In this document: piece after piece, positions 48,169 to 57,492 of the stretch | Numbering within the stretch: position 1 is the first letter of the stretch | Layout: the number at the start of each line of letters is the position of its first letter | The notes under the pieces: model-generated | The model's database searches: none | Told to the model about the DNA's origin: nothing | Seen by the model: the letters and a program-made list of their open reading frames with translations, nothing else | Source of the DNA: Gemmobacter sp. | GTDB taxonomy: Bacteria > Pseudomonadota > Alphaproteobacteria > Rhodobacterales > Rhodobacteraceae | NCBI RefSeq assembly: GCF_034676705.1 | Contig: NZ_JAUCBS010000006.1 | Span: 84,960-148,959, forward strand | DNA: 64,000 nt | Reading direction: 5' to 3' | Made by a program: the position numbers and the translations under genes

Positions 48169-48905
48169 CGGGGCGGTTCCTCCAGCAGCAGGGATTTCAG
48201 GGTTTCGCGCAACGGGGCCATGCGGGCCTCGGTCCGGGCGGAATGGGGGGTGGGCACGGGAATGTCGGCGATGATGCGGCCGGGGCTGCCGGCCATTACC
48301 AGGATACGGTCGGCAAGGCCCGTCGCCTCGTGCAGGTCATGCGTCACCAGCAGCACGCCGCGCGGGTGGTCGGTCAGCCGCGCCAGCAGCCAGTCCTGCA
48401 TGCGCAGCCGCGTCACGGCATCCAGCGCGGAAAACGGCTCGTCCAGCAGCAGGAAGCGGCCATCCTGCACGATGGTGCGCAGAAAGGCGGCGCGCTGGCG
48501 CATGCCGCCCGACAGCTGCGCCGGAAACTGGCCTTGCGTGCCTTCCAGCCCGAAGGGGGCGAACAGCGGCGCCACGCGGGCTTGCGCGGCACGGCGGGGG
48601 TGGCCCGCCACCTCCAGCCCCAGCGCGGCGTTCCGGGCGATGGTCAGCCAGGGAAACAGCGCATCGCTTTGCGGCTGATAGCAGATGCCCGGATGCGGGC
48701 GCGACACCGGCCTGCCGTCCAGCAACAGGTCGCCCCGCCCCACCGGCCCGCCTGCCAGCCCCGCCAGCCATTTCAGCACCGAGGTCTTGCCGCAGCCCGA
48801 CGGGCCGATCAGCGCGGTAATCCCGCTATCGGGCAGCGACAGCGACAGGTCGCGCACCAGATCGCGGCCGCCGGCGACAATGGTCAGGCCCCGGATCTCA
48901 AGCAT
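48165..48905 (-). CDS. ABC transporter ATP-binding protein (NitT/TauT family; ThiZ-like by context)
   Basis: Walker A GPSGCGKTS, signature LSGGMRQR, Walker B LLLDEPFSALD. Confidence 0.9.
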   Translation of the reverse strand: MLEIRGLTIVAGGRDLVRDLSLSLPDSGITALIGPSGCGKTSVLKWLAGLAGGPVGRGDLLLDGRPVSRPHPGICYQPQSDALFPWLTIARNAALGLEVAGHPRRAAQARVAPLFAPFGLEGTQGQFPAQLSGGMRQRAAFLRTIVQDGRFLLLDEPFSALDAVTRLRMQDWLLARLTDHPRGVLLVTHDLHEATGLADRILVMAGSPGRIIADIPVPTPHSARTEARMAPLRETLKSLLLEEPPR

Positions 48906-49659
48906 GGCCGCGCCCCTCGGGCCCCCGGGTGGTCAGCCTGTCCAGCCCCCGCAACAGGCCCAGCAAGGCCAGCGTCAGCCCGGCCGAGACCACGACGGCG
49001 GCCAGCACCAGATCGGCGCGGAAGTTGTTCTTGGCCGACAGGATGTAGATCCCCAGCCCCTGCCGCGCCCCGGCATATTCGGCAAAGATCGTCGCCACCA
49101 CCGCATAGGTTGCCGAAATGCGCAGGCCAGCCAGGAACGGCGCCCGCGCGGCCGGCAGGGTGGCGCGGCGGAACACCGTCCATCGGCCCGCCCCCATCGA
49201 CACCAGCAGGTCGGCAAAGGCCTGCGGCACCTGGCGATAGCCCGACAACAGGCTGAGCAGCATGGGAAAGAACGTGACCAGCACCACCAGCACGATCTTG
49301 GGCAACAGGCCAAAGCCGAACCACAGGATCATCAGCGGCGCCAGCGCCACCAGCGGCACCGTCTGGCTGACCACGAAAATCGGCATCAGCGCCCGTTCGG
49401 CCCATGGCGTGAAATGCAGTGCAACCGAGATGGCCGCCGCGAAGCCCACCGATATGCCAAAGCCCAGGGCCACCACCCGCAGCGTGGCCAGCGCGTGGCC
49501 CCCGATCTCGGCCCGCTGCGCCCATAGCGCGGCCACCACGCCCGACGGCGGCGGCAGGATCAGCCCCGACACGCCCGACAGGCGGCAATAGCCCTCCCAC
49601 ACCGCAAGCAGCATCAGGGCAAGCAGGATCGTCGGCAGACTGCGCTGCAACATCGGCAT
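48898..49659 (-). CDS. ABC transporter permease (ThiX-like by context)
   Basis: 253-aa polytopic protein. EAA loop is SMGAGRWTVFRRATLPAA. Confidence 0.85.
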   Translation of the reverse strand: MPMLQRSLPTILLALMLLAVWEGYCRLSGVSGLILPPPSGVVAALWAQRAEIGGHALATLRVVALGFGISVGFAAAISVALHFTPWAERALMPIFVVSQTVPLVALAPLMILWFGFGLLPKIVLVVLVTFFPMLLSLLSGYRQVPQAFADLLVSMGAGRWTVFRRATLPAARAPFLAGLRISATYAVVATIFAEYAGARQGLGIYILSAKNNFRADLVLAAVVVSAGLTLALLGLLRGLDRLTTRGPEGRGHA

Positions 49660-49674
49660 ACTTTCTGGCTGGGA

Positions 49675-50286
49675 TCAGCGGCGCGACGGGCTGTTGGCCG
49701 AAGCCGTCAGGTCAATGGTCACATGGCCTTCGGCCGGACCGAAGCGCAGGAACGCCTGCCGCAGCGTTTCGAACACCGCGCCGGCATCGCCCCGCAGGCG
49801 GGTGCAGAAATTCTTGGACGTCAGGAAGGTGCCCGAGGATTTCAGAAAGTCGATGCAGCCATAGATCTCGTCCATGTGCCGGTCCTGCCCCAGCACATAC
49901 AGCGAAAACTGCACGTCGATCTCGACCCCCGCCAGCGGCGCGCCCTGCACGGCGGCCAGCGCCTGTGCCTGACGGTCTGCCAGCGGCAGGCCCTGCGCCA
50001 CGGCCAGCACCTCGCACCGGCAGGACGGCTCGTCCGGCTCGCCCGGGCACCCGCGCGAGATCGTGGCATGCATGGTCACATGCGCCGGACTGCGGGCAGC
50101 ACCGGCGAACAGGTCGCGCATGGCGCCGAACAGCGGTTCGGGCGCGCCCACCATCAGGGTGGACATGTCGTCCGTCTGGATCCGCAGATGGTCACGATAG
50201 GGGGCCAGCGCCTCCAGCCCCGACAGGATGACGCCGACGAAATCCGACGTCATGGGATAAAGCGACACCTGCGCGCCGATGAACAT
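49675..50286 (-). CDS. ykoF: YkoF-family thiamine/HMP-binding protein
   Basis: ATG at 50286 (MFIGAQVSLYPM) lies within ORF 49675..50307. Two tandem ACT-like halves: QVSLYPM... and QFSLYVLGQD.... Sits directly downstream of the TPP riboswitch. Confidence 0.72.
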   Translation of the reverse strand: MFIGAQVSLYPMTSDFVGVILSGLEALAPYRDHLRIQTDDMSTLMVGAPEPLFGAMRDLFAGAARSPAHVTMHATISRGCPGEPDEPSCRCEVLAVAQGLPLADRQAQALAAVQGAPLAGVEIDVQFSLYVLGQDRHMDEIYGCIDFLKSSGTFLTSKNFCTRLRGDAGAVFETLRQAFLRFGPAEGHVTIDLTASANSPSRR

Positions 50287-50289
50287 AAA

Positions 50290-50385
50290 TCCTCGCTCCG
50301 CCGGCATTACCCGGATCAGCTGTGAAGGGTTCGCGCCAGCCTGCGCATCTCAGCCCCTGTCGGAGCACCCCTGGTTGCGCCGGCA
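50290..50385 (-). promoter_or_regulatory. TPP (THI-box) riboswitch
   Basis: Minus-strand sequence is CAGGGGTGCTCCGACAGGGGCTGAGATGCGCAGGCTGGCGCGAACCCTTCACAGCTGATCCGGGTAATGCCGGCGGAGCGAGGA. It carries the invariant GGGGTGC, CTGAGA, ACCC and CTGATCCGG-TAATGCCGGCG elements. The terminal GGAGCGAGGA overlaps the ykoF RBS. Confidence 0.9.
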
Positions 50386-50413
50386 CCATGCGGCGGGATT
50401 CGTCCGGTGTCAA
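50385..50413 (-). promoter_or_regulatory. Candidate promoter of the riboswitch-ykoF operon (TTGACA-N17-CATGGT)
   Basis: A perfect -35 lies at 50408..50413 (minus). The weak -10 ends a few nt before the first riboswitch helix. Confidence 0.35.
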
Positions 50414-50464
50414 GGGCGCGGGGCGGGTGCAGCTGACCCAGGCGCTCCAGCCGGCCCGACCTCA

Positions 50465-50645
50465 GCCTGAAGCGGCGGCCGGTGGCATTGGCAAAGCCCG
50501 GCTGCACATCGTCAAAGCGGCCGTTGGCATCGGTCACGGTGATCACCGCCACCGTGCTGCCCCCCCGCGTCAGCACGGTGCCAGCCGCAACCGGGGTCAG
50601 CGCGATGGCGGCATGATAGCGGCTTTCCAGCCGCTCGCCCCCCAT
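50465..50645 (-). pseudogene. Coding-like remnant or small ORF of unknown family
   Basis: In this frame ATG at 50645 gives MGGERLESRYHAAIALTPVAAGTVLTRGGSTVAVITVTDANGRFDDVQPGFANATGRRF. These codons show strong G/C third-position bias. After about 50465 rare AGG/GGA/CGA codons appear, and the frame runs through the thi promoter and riboswitch without a stop. Confidence 0.25.
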
Positions 50646-50728
50646 GCGGCAGATCGCGCCGCTGCCAGATTCACCCCGCCCCGGCGCAAGGCGGGGGGGA
50701 CGCCGGCATGAACGGCGGGACAGGCCCC

Positions 50729-51124
50729 CTAGCCCCTGTCCGGCGGGAAATCGGCGGCCTGATGGGCGACGATGTCCAGATAGTCCTTGCGGATGGGGCA
50801 GAAGATATCGAGGTTCATCACCACCTCGTCCGAGATCGGCACCGCGCCATGCGGCACATCGGGCGGAATGCGCAGCACCTCGCCTGCGCCAACCTCCAGC
50901 GTCTGGTCGCCCACGGTCCAGCGCATCCGCCCGGTCAGCACCAGCGCGATCTGTTCGAACGGGTGGCTGTGAACGCCAAGGGTCATGCCCGGCTCCAGCC
51001 AGTTCATCACCAGCAGCACATCTTCGCCGCGAAAGCCGGCGCGGCTGACATGATCGCGCACGGCGAAGCGGGGCAGATCCTCCCATTTCACCGGCATGCG
51101 AAAGGGTTCCAGGGGTTTGCTCAT
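50729..51124 (-). CDS. Cupin-domain protein
   Basis: 131 aa. GGAGG RBS. Cupin motifs are GVHSHPFEQIALVLTG and GEVLRIPPDVPHG. Confidence 0.8.
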   Translation of the reverse strand: MSKPLEPFRMPVKWEDLPRFAVRDHVSRAGFRGEDVLLVMNWLEPGMTLGVHSHPFEQIALVLTGRMRWTVGDQTLEVGAGEVLRIPPDVPHGAVPISDEVVMNLDIFCPIRKDYLDIVAHQAADFPPDRG

Positions 51125-51141
51125 GCTATCCTCCTATCCGG

Positions 51142-52695
51142 TCAGCGCGCGCCAAAGCCGCCGCCGCCGGGGGTGATCATGGTGATCTCGTCGCCGGGCT
51201 TCATGTCGGTTTTGCCTTGCAGCACCACGGGTTTGCCGTTCACCAGAAACTGCCCTGCCCGTCCCGAGGCGCCCCCGGCCAGGCCCTGCGGCGCCTCTTG
51301 CAACCGGCTGGGAACCGCGTTCAGCAACCATGGCTGGCTGGTCCGCATGCGGAACCCGATGCGCTGGCCATCGCCGCCCGGCTGCGCGCCGGCGCCGCCA
51401 GACCCACGCTCCAGCTCCTTGCTGGTGAAGACGATGGGATAGGCGGCTTCCAGCACCTCGACCGGCACGGCGGACACACCCGTGGGGTAGCAGACGGCCG
51501 AAATCCCCGGCTTGGTCGCCCGCGCGCCCATGCCGCCCGAATAGTTGAACATGGACGAGGTGAAGGGCCGCCCCTCATCGTCCTGGCCTTGAATCTGCAC
51601 CGTCCACACCGCGCCCGACCCTTCGGCCACCACCTTGTCCGGCACCACCTGCGCCAGCGCGTTCAGGATGGGGAAGGGCACATACATGCCCACCACATGC
51701 CGCGCATTGACGGGCGACGGGTAGGTGGCGTTCACGATGCAGTTGTCGGGCAGTTTCAACCGGATGGGCGCCAGAGACCCCGCGTTGTTCGGCAGGTCGG
51801 GGTTCAGGGTGGACCGGATGGCAAAGGTGGCATAGGCCTGCGTATAGGCCGGCACCACGTTGATGCCGCGCGGGCTGCGGCCCGAGGATCCGGTGAAATC
51901 CACCACGATCTCGCCTGCCTCGGCATCAATCGTCACGGCGGTTTTCAGCGTGATACGATCGCCCCCCGGCACGTCGAAGGTGCTTTCGCCATGATAGGTG
52001 CCGCCCTGCAACGCCCGGATCGAGTCGCGCGTCGCCTGTTCCGACCGCGACAGGATCTCGTCCGACAGCGCCTCGATATCGTCCAGCCCGTAGCGGTCGC
52101 ACAGCGCGTTCAGCCGCTGCGAGGCGATCATCCCCGACGACACCTGCGCCCCAAGATCACCCAGCAGGGCATCGGGCGTGCGCACGTTGCGGGTGATGAT
52201 GGAAAACAACGTCTCGTTCCGCACCCCGGCCTCGTACAGTTTCAGGACCGGGATCCACAGCCCTTCCTCGTGTATGTCGCGCGCCCCGGACCCGATGCCA
52301 TAGCCGCCGATATCGGTATGGTGGATGGTCGATCCGGCATAGCCGATCAGCCGTTCTCCCCGGAAGATCGGCGACAGCACGGTAATGTCGAAGAAATGCC
52401 CCGCCGACATCCAGGGGTCATTGGTGATCAGCACATCGCCTGGTTTCAGGCTGGCAGCATCGACATGTTGCAGCAGGTTCGCCGCCGCTGCGGCCAGCGA
52501 GTTGATATGGCCCGGCGTGCCGGTGACCGCCTGCGCCACCATCCGGGCGCGGGCATCGAACAGGCCGTTGGCCAGGTCGCCCGCCTCGCGCACGATGGGG
52601 GAAAAGGCGATGCGTTGCAGCGCGCGGGCCTGTTCGGACACGATCCCGATCATGTTCGACCACAGGATTTGCAGTTCTACGCCGTCCATGTTCAA
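51142..52695 (-). CDS. Hydantoinase B / oxoprolinase family protein (HyuB)
   Basis: 517 aa. Blocks DGVELQILWSNMIGIVSEQARALQRIAFSPIVREAGD and a C-terminus ending PGGGGFG. Confidence 0.88.
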   Translation of the reverse strand: MNMDGVELQILWSNMIGIVSEQARALQRIAFSPIVREAGDLANGLFDARARMVAQAVTGTPGHINSLAAAAANLLQHVDAASLKPGDVLITNDPWMSAGHFFDITVLSPIFRGERLIGYAGSTIHHTDIGGYGIGSGARDIHEEGLWIPVLKLYEAGVRNETLFSIITRNVRTPDALLGDLGAQVSSGMIASQRLNALCDRYGLDDIEALSDEILSRSEQATRDSIRALQGGTYHGESTFDVPGGDRITLKTAVTIDAEAGEIVVDFTGSSGRSPRGINVVPAYTQAYATFAIRSTLNPDLPNNAGSLAPIRLKLPDNCIVNATYPSPVNARHVVGMYVPFPILNALAQVVPDKVVAEGSGAVWTVQIQGQDDEGRPFTSSMFNYSGGMGARATKPGISAVCYPTGVSAVPVEVLEAAYPIVFTSKELERGSGGAGAQPGGDGQRIGFRMRTSQPWLLNAVPSRLQEAPQGLAGGASGRAGQFLVNGKPVVLQGKTDMKPGDEITMITPGGGGFGAR

Positions 52696-54767
52696 CGCTC
52701 CGTCGTCTTGTCGGCAATCAGGCTGCCATTGGGGTGCAGGCGGATCGTCCAGCCGGGCAGGACGAAGATGGTGGTTTCGCGTTCTTCCACGATCACCGGG
52801 CCGGGGATGACATCGCCCTCCATCAGTTCGGAGCGGGCATAGACGGCGGTTTCCACCGGCTTGCCGCGCAGATGCACGATGCGGCTGCGCGGGGTGGGGC
52901 GGGTGCCGCCCTTGACCACATGGGCGGTGGCGCGGTCGGGCAGGCGGCCGCGGGCGGTGACGTGCCAGTTGACCAGTTCAATCGCCATGCCGTCCAGCTT
53001 CAGCCCGTATTGCGCCACGTATTCGCGTTCAAAGATCGCGCGCATTGCCGGGGCATCCAGGCCGGTGCGGGGGTCGAACGGCAGGTCGATCCGCAGTTCC
53101 CACTGCTGGCCCAGATAGCGCAGGTCGGCGCCAAAGACGAAACCGATGTCGGCCGGCGCAAGGCCCGCCTCGGTCAGGGCGGCGGTGCCTTCGTCGGTCA
53201 TCTGGCACACAAAGGCGGCAGCGGCGGCCGGGTCCAGCGTGTCGATCGGGCCAAGCTGGCTGCGGACCAGATCAATCTGGGCCGGCGTCACCAGCGTGCC
53301 GAACGCCGACAGGACCGAGGCCAGCGGCGGGTAGATCACTTGCGTGGAATCGATCAGGTCGGCCACAAGGCAGGCATGCACCGGCCCGGCCCCGCCAAAG
53401 GCCAGCATCGGCAGGCCGCGGTAATCGACGCCCCGGTCGGTGGCATGGGTGCGCGCGGCGCCGGCCATCTGTTCGCAGACCACCTCATAGATACCCCAGG
53501 CGGTCTGTTCGGGGCTTAGCCCGATGCGCGCGCCCAGCTTGGCAATCGCGGCCCGTGCGCCCGCTGCATCCAGCTTCATGTCGCCGCCAAGGAAGCGGTC
53601 GGGATCGAGGATCCCCAGCACCACATCGGCATCGGTGACGCAAGGATTGGTGCCCCCGCGCCCATAGCTGACCGGGCCGGGGATCGACCCCGCGCTTTCC
53701 GGCCCCGTCCGCAGCAGGCCCAGATCATCCACCCAGGCGATGGATCCGCCGCCTGCCCCGATCTCGATCATGTCGATCGAGGGCACGGTGATCGGCATGC
53801 CCGACCCGGGCTTGAAGCGGTAGCGGCGGTCCACCTCGAACGTGCCGGTGACCAGCGGTTCGTGGTTCTGGATCATGCAGGCCTTGGCGGTGGTGCCGCC
53901 CATGTCGAAGGAAATCAGATCCGGCAGCCCGAACATGCGCGAGAAATAGCAGGCCACCAGCGCCCCCGCCGCCGGGCCGCTTTCGATCATCCGCACCGGC
54001 AGGGTGCCCGCGCGTTCTGCGCCAATCACCCCGCCGTTCGACAGCATGATCAGCGGTTGCTGAGAGAACCCTTGCCGGCCCAGCTCCTCGATCAGCGCGT
54101 TCAGGTAGGGGCGGGTGATCGGCACGGTATAGGCGTTGATCGCCACGGTCGAGGTGCGCAGGTATTCGCGCATCTGCGGCGCGATCTCGGATGACAGAGA
54201 CACAAAGATCCCCGGCGCCTCGCGGGCAAAGACCTGCGCCACCAGCGCCTCGTTGGCACCGTTGCGATAGGCGTTGATCAGGCTGACTGCGACCGACTGG
54301 ATGCCGCGCGCCACGCAATCGCGGGCGATGGCGGCAATCTCGGCCTCTTGGGCGGCCTTTTCCACGCTGCCATCGGCCAGCACCCGTTCGTCCAGCCCCC
54401 AGGTGCGTTCGCGCGGGATCAGCGGTTCGGCGAATTCGATCTGCGGATCGTACATGTCATAGCGGTGTTCATCGCGGATATAGAGAATATCCGTGAACCC
54501 CTTGGTCAGGATCAGGCCCACCGGCGGGCCCTTGCGTTCGATCAGGGCATTGGTCACCACCGTCGTGGCATGCACCATCACGTCATTCACCTGCGCCGGC
54601 CCGATCCCGGCGCGGCCCATCACCAGGTCCACGCCGCGAAAGAACCCCTCCAGCAGGTTGCCGTGCGTGGTCAGGGTCTTGTCCACAAAGGTGCGTCCGT
54701 CGTCGGCCAGCAGGACGGCATCGGTAAAGGTGCCCCCGATGTCGACCGCAAGCGAATATCTGGTCAT
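52692..54767 (-). CDS. Hydantoinase/oxoprolinase family protein (HyuA), ATP-dependent
   Basis: 691 aa. N-terminus is YSLAVDIGGTFTDAVLL. SFDMGGTTAK block. Stop overlaps the hyuB start. Confidence 0.9.
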   Translation of the reverse strand: MTRYSLAVDIGGTFTDAVLLADDGRTFVDKTLTTHGNLLEGFFRGVDLVMGRAGIGPAQVNDVMVHATTVVTNALIERKGPPVGLILTKGFTDILYIRDEHRYDMYDPQIEFAEPLIPRERTWGLDERVLADGSVEKAAQEAEIAAIARDCVARGIQSVAVSLINAYRNGANEALVAQVFAREAPGIFVSLSSEIAPQMREYLRTSTVAINAYTVPITRPYLNALIEELGRQGFSQQPLIMLSNGGVIGAERAGTLPVRMIESGPAAGALVACYFSRMFGLPDLISFDMGGTTAKACMIQNHEPLVTGTFEVDRRYRFKPGSGMPITVPSIDMIEIGAGGGSIAWVDDLGLLRTGPESAGSIPGPVSYGRGGTNPCVTDADVVLGILDPDRFLGGDMKLDAAGARAAIAKLGARIGLSPEQTAWGIYEVVCEQMAGAARTHATDRGVDYRGLPMLAFGGAGPVHACLVADLIDSTQVIYPPLASVLSAFGTLVTPAQIDLVRSQLGPIDTLDPAAAAAFVCQMTDEGTAALTEAGLAPADIGFVFGADLRYLGQQWELRIDLPFDPRTGLDAPAMRAIFEREYVAQYGLKLDGMAIELVNWHVTARGRLPDRATAHVVKGGTRPTPRSRIVHLRGKPVETAVYARSELMEGDVIPGPVIVEERETTIFVLPGWTIRLHPNGSLIADKTTER

Positions 54768-55531
54768 GTGCGTTGATCCGTATTGCCGAGATTGGTGGAA
54801 AGTCTGCGCGCCGCATCCGTCAGCGCCTGAACAAAGCGCGGCTCGGGCGGGGTGCCGATGATGAAGGTGGGGCCCGCGATGGTCAGCGTGGCCACGAAGG
54901 CGCCCGTCATGTCGTAGACGGGCGCGGAAACGGCGGTGACGCCTTGCAGCGTCTCGTTCGGGGCCTCGGCCCAGCCGCGGGCCTGCACGGCGGCCACTTC
55001 GGTGGTCAGTTGCGCAGGGTCCACATGGGTTTCGCCTGTCCAGGCCCGCAGGGTTTCGGCCAGCCGCGCGCCCCCGAAGGCCAGCGCGATCTTGCCCTGG
55101 GCCGAGGCGTGGAAATCCAGCAGCGCGCCGGGGCGGGTGACGATTTCCACCGGCTGCTGGCTGCGCACCATGTCCAGGATCCGCATCCCGCCCGCTTCCA
55201 TCTGGGAAAACGACACGGTGAACCCGGTCAGGTCGCGCAAGGCCACCATGACGGGGCGCGCCTCGCGCAGGATGTCGGTGGAATCGGCCAGCGCCTGACC
55301 CAGATGATACAGCTTGTAGGACAGGCGGTAGCGTTCCGTTTCGGGATCCTGCAACACATAGCCCATGGACAGCAGCGTCCGCAGGAACCGGAACACCCGC
55401 ACCTTCGACGCCCCGATCCGGCGGGCGAGGTCGGACAGCGCCACCGGCTTGCCGATCTCGGCCATCACCTCGACGATCAGAAAGGCCATCTGGGTGGACT
55501 GGTTGGCGGATTTGTCGAGTTCTACGGCCAT
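54764..55531 (-). CDS. IclR family transcriptional regulator
   Basis: ATG at 55531; the ORF also opens at a GTG at 55534. HTH is LSDLARRIGASKVRVFRFLRTLLSMGYV. Followed by an IclR effector domain. Confidence 0.88.
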   Translation of the reverse strand: MAVELDKSANQSTQMAFLIVEVMAEIGKPVALSDLARRIGASKVRVFRFLRTLLSMGYVLQDPETERYRLSYKLYHLGQALADSTDILREARPVMVALRDLTGFTVSFSQMEAGGMRILDMVRSQQPVEIVTRPGALLDFHASAQGKIALAFGGARLAETLRAWTGETHVDPAQLTTEVAAVQARGWAEAPNETLQGVTAVSAPVYDMTGAFVATLTIAGPTFIIGTPPEPRFVQALTDAARRLSTNLGNTDQRT

Positions 55532-55538
55532 CACACCC

Positions 55539-56813
55539 TCACTTGAACAGACCGGGAATCCAGAGCGATACGCCCGGAACCGCGGCGACCAGCGCCAGCA
55601 CCACCACGCACAGCCCCAGCATGGGCAAGGCGGCGCGGGTGACCGCCTGCAACGGGCTGCGCGCGATGGAACTGACGATGAACAGCACCAGCCCCACGGG
55701 CGGCGTACACATGCCGATCATCAGGTTCATCACCACCATCACGCCCATCTGCACCGGATCCATGCCGATGGTGGGCGACAGCGCGTTCAGCACCGGCATG
55801 ATCAGCACCATGGCCGCCAGCGGTTCCAGAAACAGGCCCAGGATCAGCAGGATGACGTTCAGCAGGATCACCAGCAGCACGGGGTTTTCCGTCAGGCCCA
55901 GGATCAGCGCCGCCACCTTTTGCGGCAGGCTTTCGATGCCCAGGACAAAGCCCGTCATGCTGGCCATCGCCACCACCAGCATCACGCCGGCCGACATGGT
56001 CGCGGTGTCGTAAAAGCATTGCCGCAGCCTGGACCATGGCAACGAGCGATAGATGAACACCCCGGTCAGCAGCGCATAGATGCAGGCCACGCCGGCGGCC
56101 TCGGTCGGGGTGAACATGCCGGTGCGGATGCCCACCACGATGAAGATCGGCAGCACGACGGCGGGAAAGGCGGCGTGCAGCACGCTCCAGCGTTTCTCGC
56201 GCGGGACGGGGGCGGCCACGGGATGGTTTTCGCGGTGGCCCTTCCACAGCGCATAGACCAGCAGCAGGGCGCCCAGCAGGATCCCGGGCAGGATGCCGGC
56301 CAGGAACAGATCGCCGATCGAGGTGCCGGTCAGCACGCCGAACAGGATCAGCGGCAGCGACGGCGGGATCAGCGGGCCCAGCAGCGACCCCGTGGCGGTC
56401 AGCGCGGCGGCATAGGCGGGGTCATAGCCATCGCGTTTCATCGGCGGGATCATGATGCCGCCGACCGCCGCCGCCTCGGACGTGGCGGCACCGCTGGGGC
56501 CCGACAGCATGAAGTTGGCCAGCACGTTGACGATGGCCAGCCCGCCCTTGATCCGCCCGACCAGGAACTGCGCCGCGCGCACGATATGCCCGGTCAGGTT
56601 CGCGGCATTCATCAGGTTGCCGGCCAGAATGAAGAACGGGATCGTCAGCAGCAGGAAACTGTCGATGCCGGCGATCATGCGCTGCGGAAAGGCGATCAGC
56701 AGGTGGCTGTGCCCCTCGATCAGCAGATAGACCAGCGAGGCCATGCCCAGCCCCAGCGCCACCGGCATGCCGATCAGCAGGGCAAGGAAAAAGATGGCAA
56801 GATAGGCGATCAT
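55539..56813 (-). CDS. TRAP transporter large permease (DctM), system 2
   Basis: 424-aa polytopic protein. Start overlaps the dctQ stop. Confidence 0.88.
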   Translation of the reverse strand: MIAYLAIFFLALLIGMPVALGLGMASLVYLLIEGHSHLLIAFPQRMIAGIDSFLLLTIPFFILAGNLMNAANLTGHIVRAAQFLVGRIKGGLAIVNVLANFMLSGPSGAATSEAAAVGGIMIPPMKRDGYDPAYAAALTATGSLLGPLIPPSLPLILFGVLTGTSIGDLFLAGILPGILLGALLLVYALWKGHRENHPVAAPVPREKRWSVLHAAFPAVVLPIFIVVGIRTGMFTPTEAAGVACIYALLTGVFIYRSLPWSRLRQCFYDTATMSAGVMLVVAMASMTGFVLGIESLPQKVAALILGLTENPVLLVILLNVILLILGLFLEPLAAMVLIMPVLNALSPTIGMDPVQMGVMVVMNLMIGMCTPPVGLVLFIVSSIARSPLQAVTRAALPMLGLCVVVLALVAAVPGVSLWIPGLFK

Positions 56814-57370
56814 CCGTGAACCTCGGGTTCGGGGGTGGCGCGCAGGTCGGCGGCATGTTCGCCGGTGCCGATCATGCGGGCATAAAGGACGATGTCGGCG
56901 GCCAGCCGCAGGGCAAACAGCCCCAGCCCGACCGGCAGCGCGATATAGACCCAGTAGACGGCTGGCACCGGAAAATCGGGGCCGAACAGATCGCCCAGCA
57001 GGAACTTCAGCGCCGGTATGGGCGCGCTGCCCATGCGGCCCGCATAGGACAGGCCCATGCGGATCAGCACCACCAGCAGCACGATGCCCGCGACATTGGC
57101 CAGCATCGCCAGCACCAGCCCCCCGACCCGGGGCAAGGCATCGCGCAGCATGGGCACGCTGGCGATCTCGCCACGTTCATAGGCCACCATCGCCGCCAGG
57201 AACGACACCCAGATCAGCAGATAGCGGCAGACCTCCTCGGCCCAGATCAGCGAGGCGGAAAAGCCGTAGCGCAGCACGATCTGCGCCGTCATCACGGCAA
57301 GAAGCACGATCAGCAGCCACACCAGCACGGTGGACAGGATTTGGTCGAACAAACGGCGCAGGCGGCGCAT
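56810..57370 (-). CDS. TRAP transporter small permease (DctQ), system 2
   Basis: 186 aa with four hydrophobic segments. Confidence 0.8.
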   Translation of the reverse strand: MRRLRRLFDQILSTVLVWLLIVLLAVMTAQIVLRYGFSASLIWAEEVCRYLLIWVSFLAAMVAYERGEIASVPMLRDALPRVGGLVLAMLANVAGIVLLVVLIRMGLSYAGRMGSAPIPALKFLLGDLFGPDFPVPAVYWVYIALPVGLGLFALRLAADIVLYARMIGTGEHAADLRATPEPEVHG

Positions 57371-57492
57371 GGCAATGTTCCCGTTCGGGCAAGCCGGTTC
57401 CGGTGCGGCACGCTTGGGCGCAGCCGCTGGCAGGCAGGTCGTCGGCGGTTGGAAGGGCGCGGGGCATGGCCGGGCGGCCAGCCCCGCAGGGC

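Noticed and set aside
50316-51086. 256-aa minus-strand ORF and 129-aa plus-strand ORF (50322..50711) spanning the riboswitch-cupin gap.
   Set aside because: The long ORF overlaps the cupin gene out of frame and reads through the TPP riboswitch. Only its central 60 or so codons look coding, and these are reported separately as a remnant. The plus-strand ORF is Arg/Pro/Ala-rich noise.
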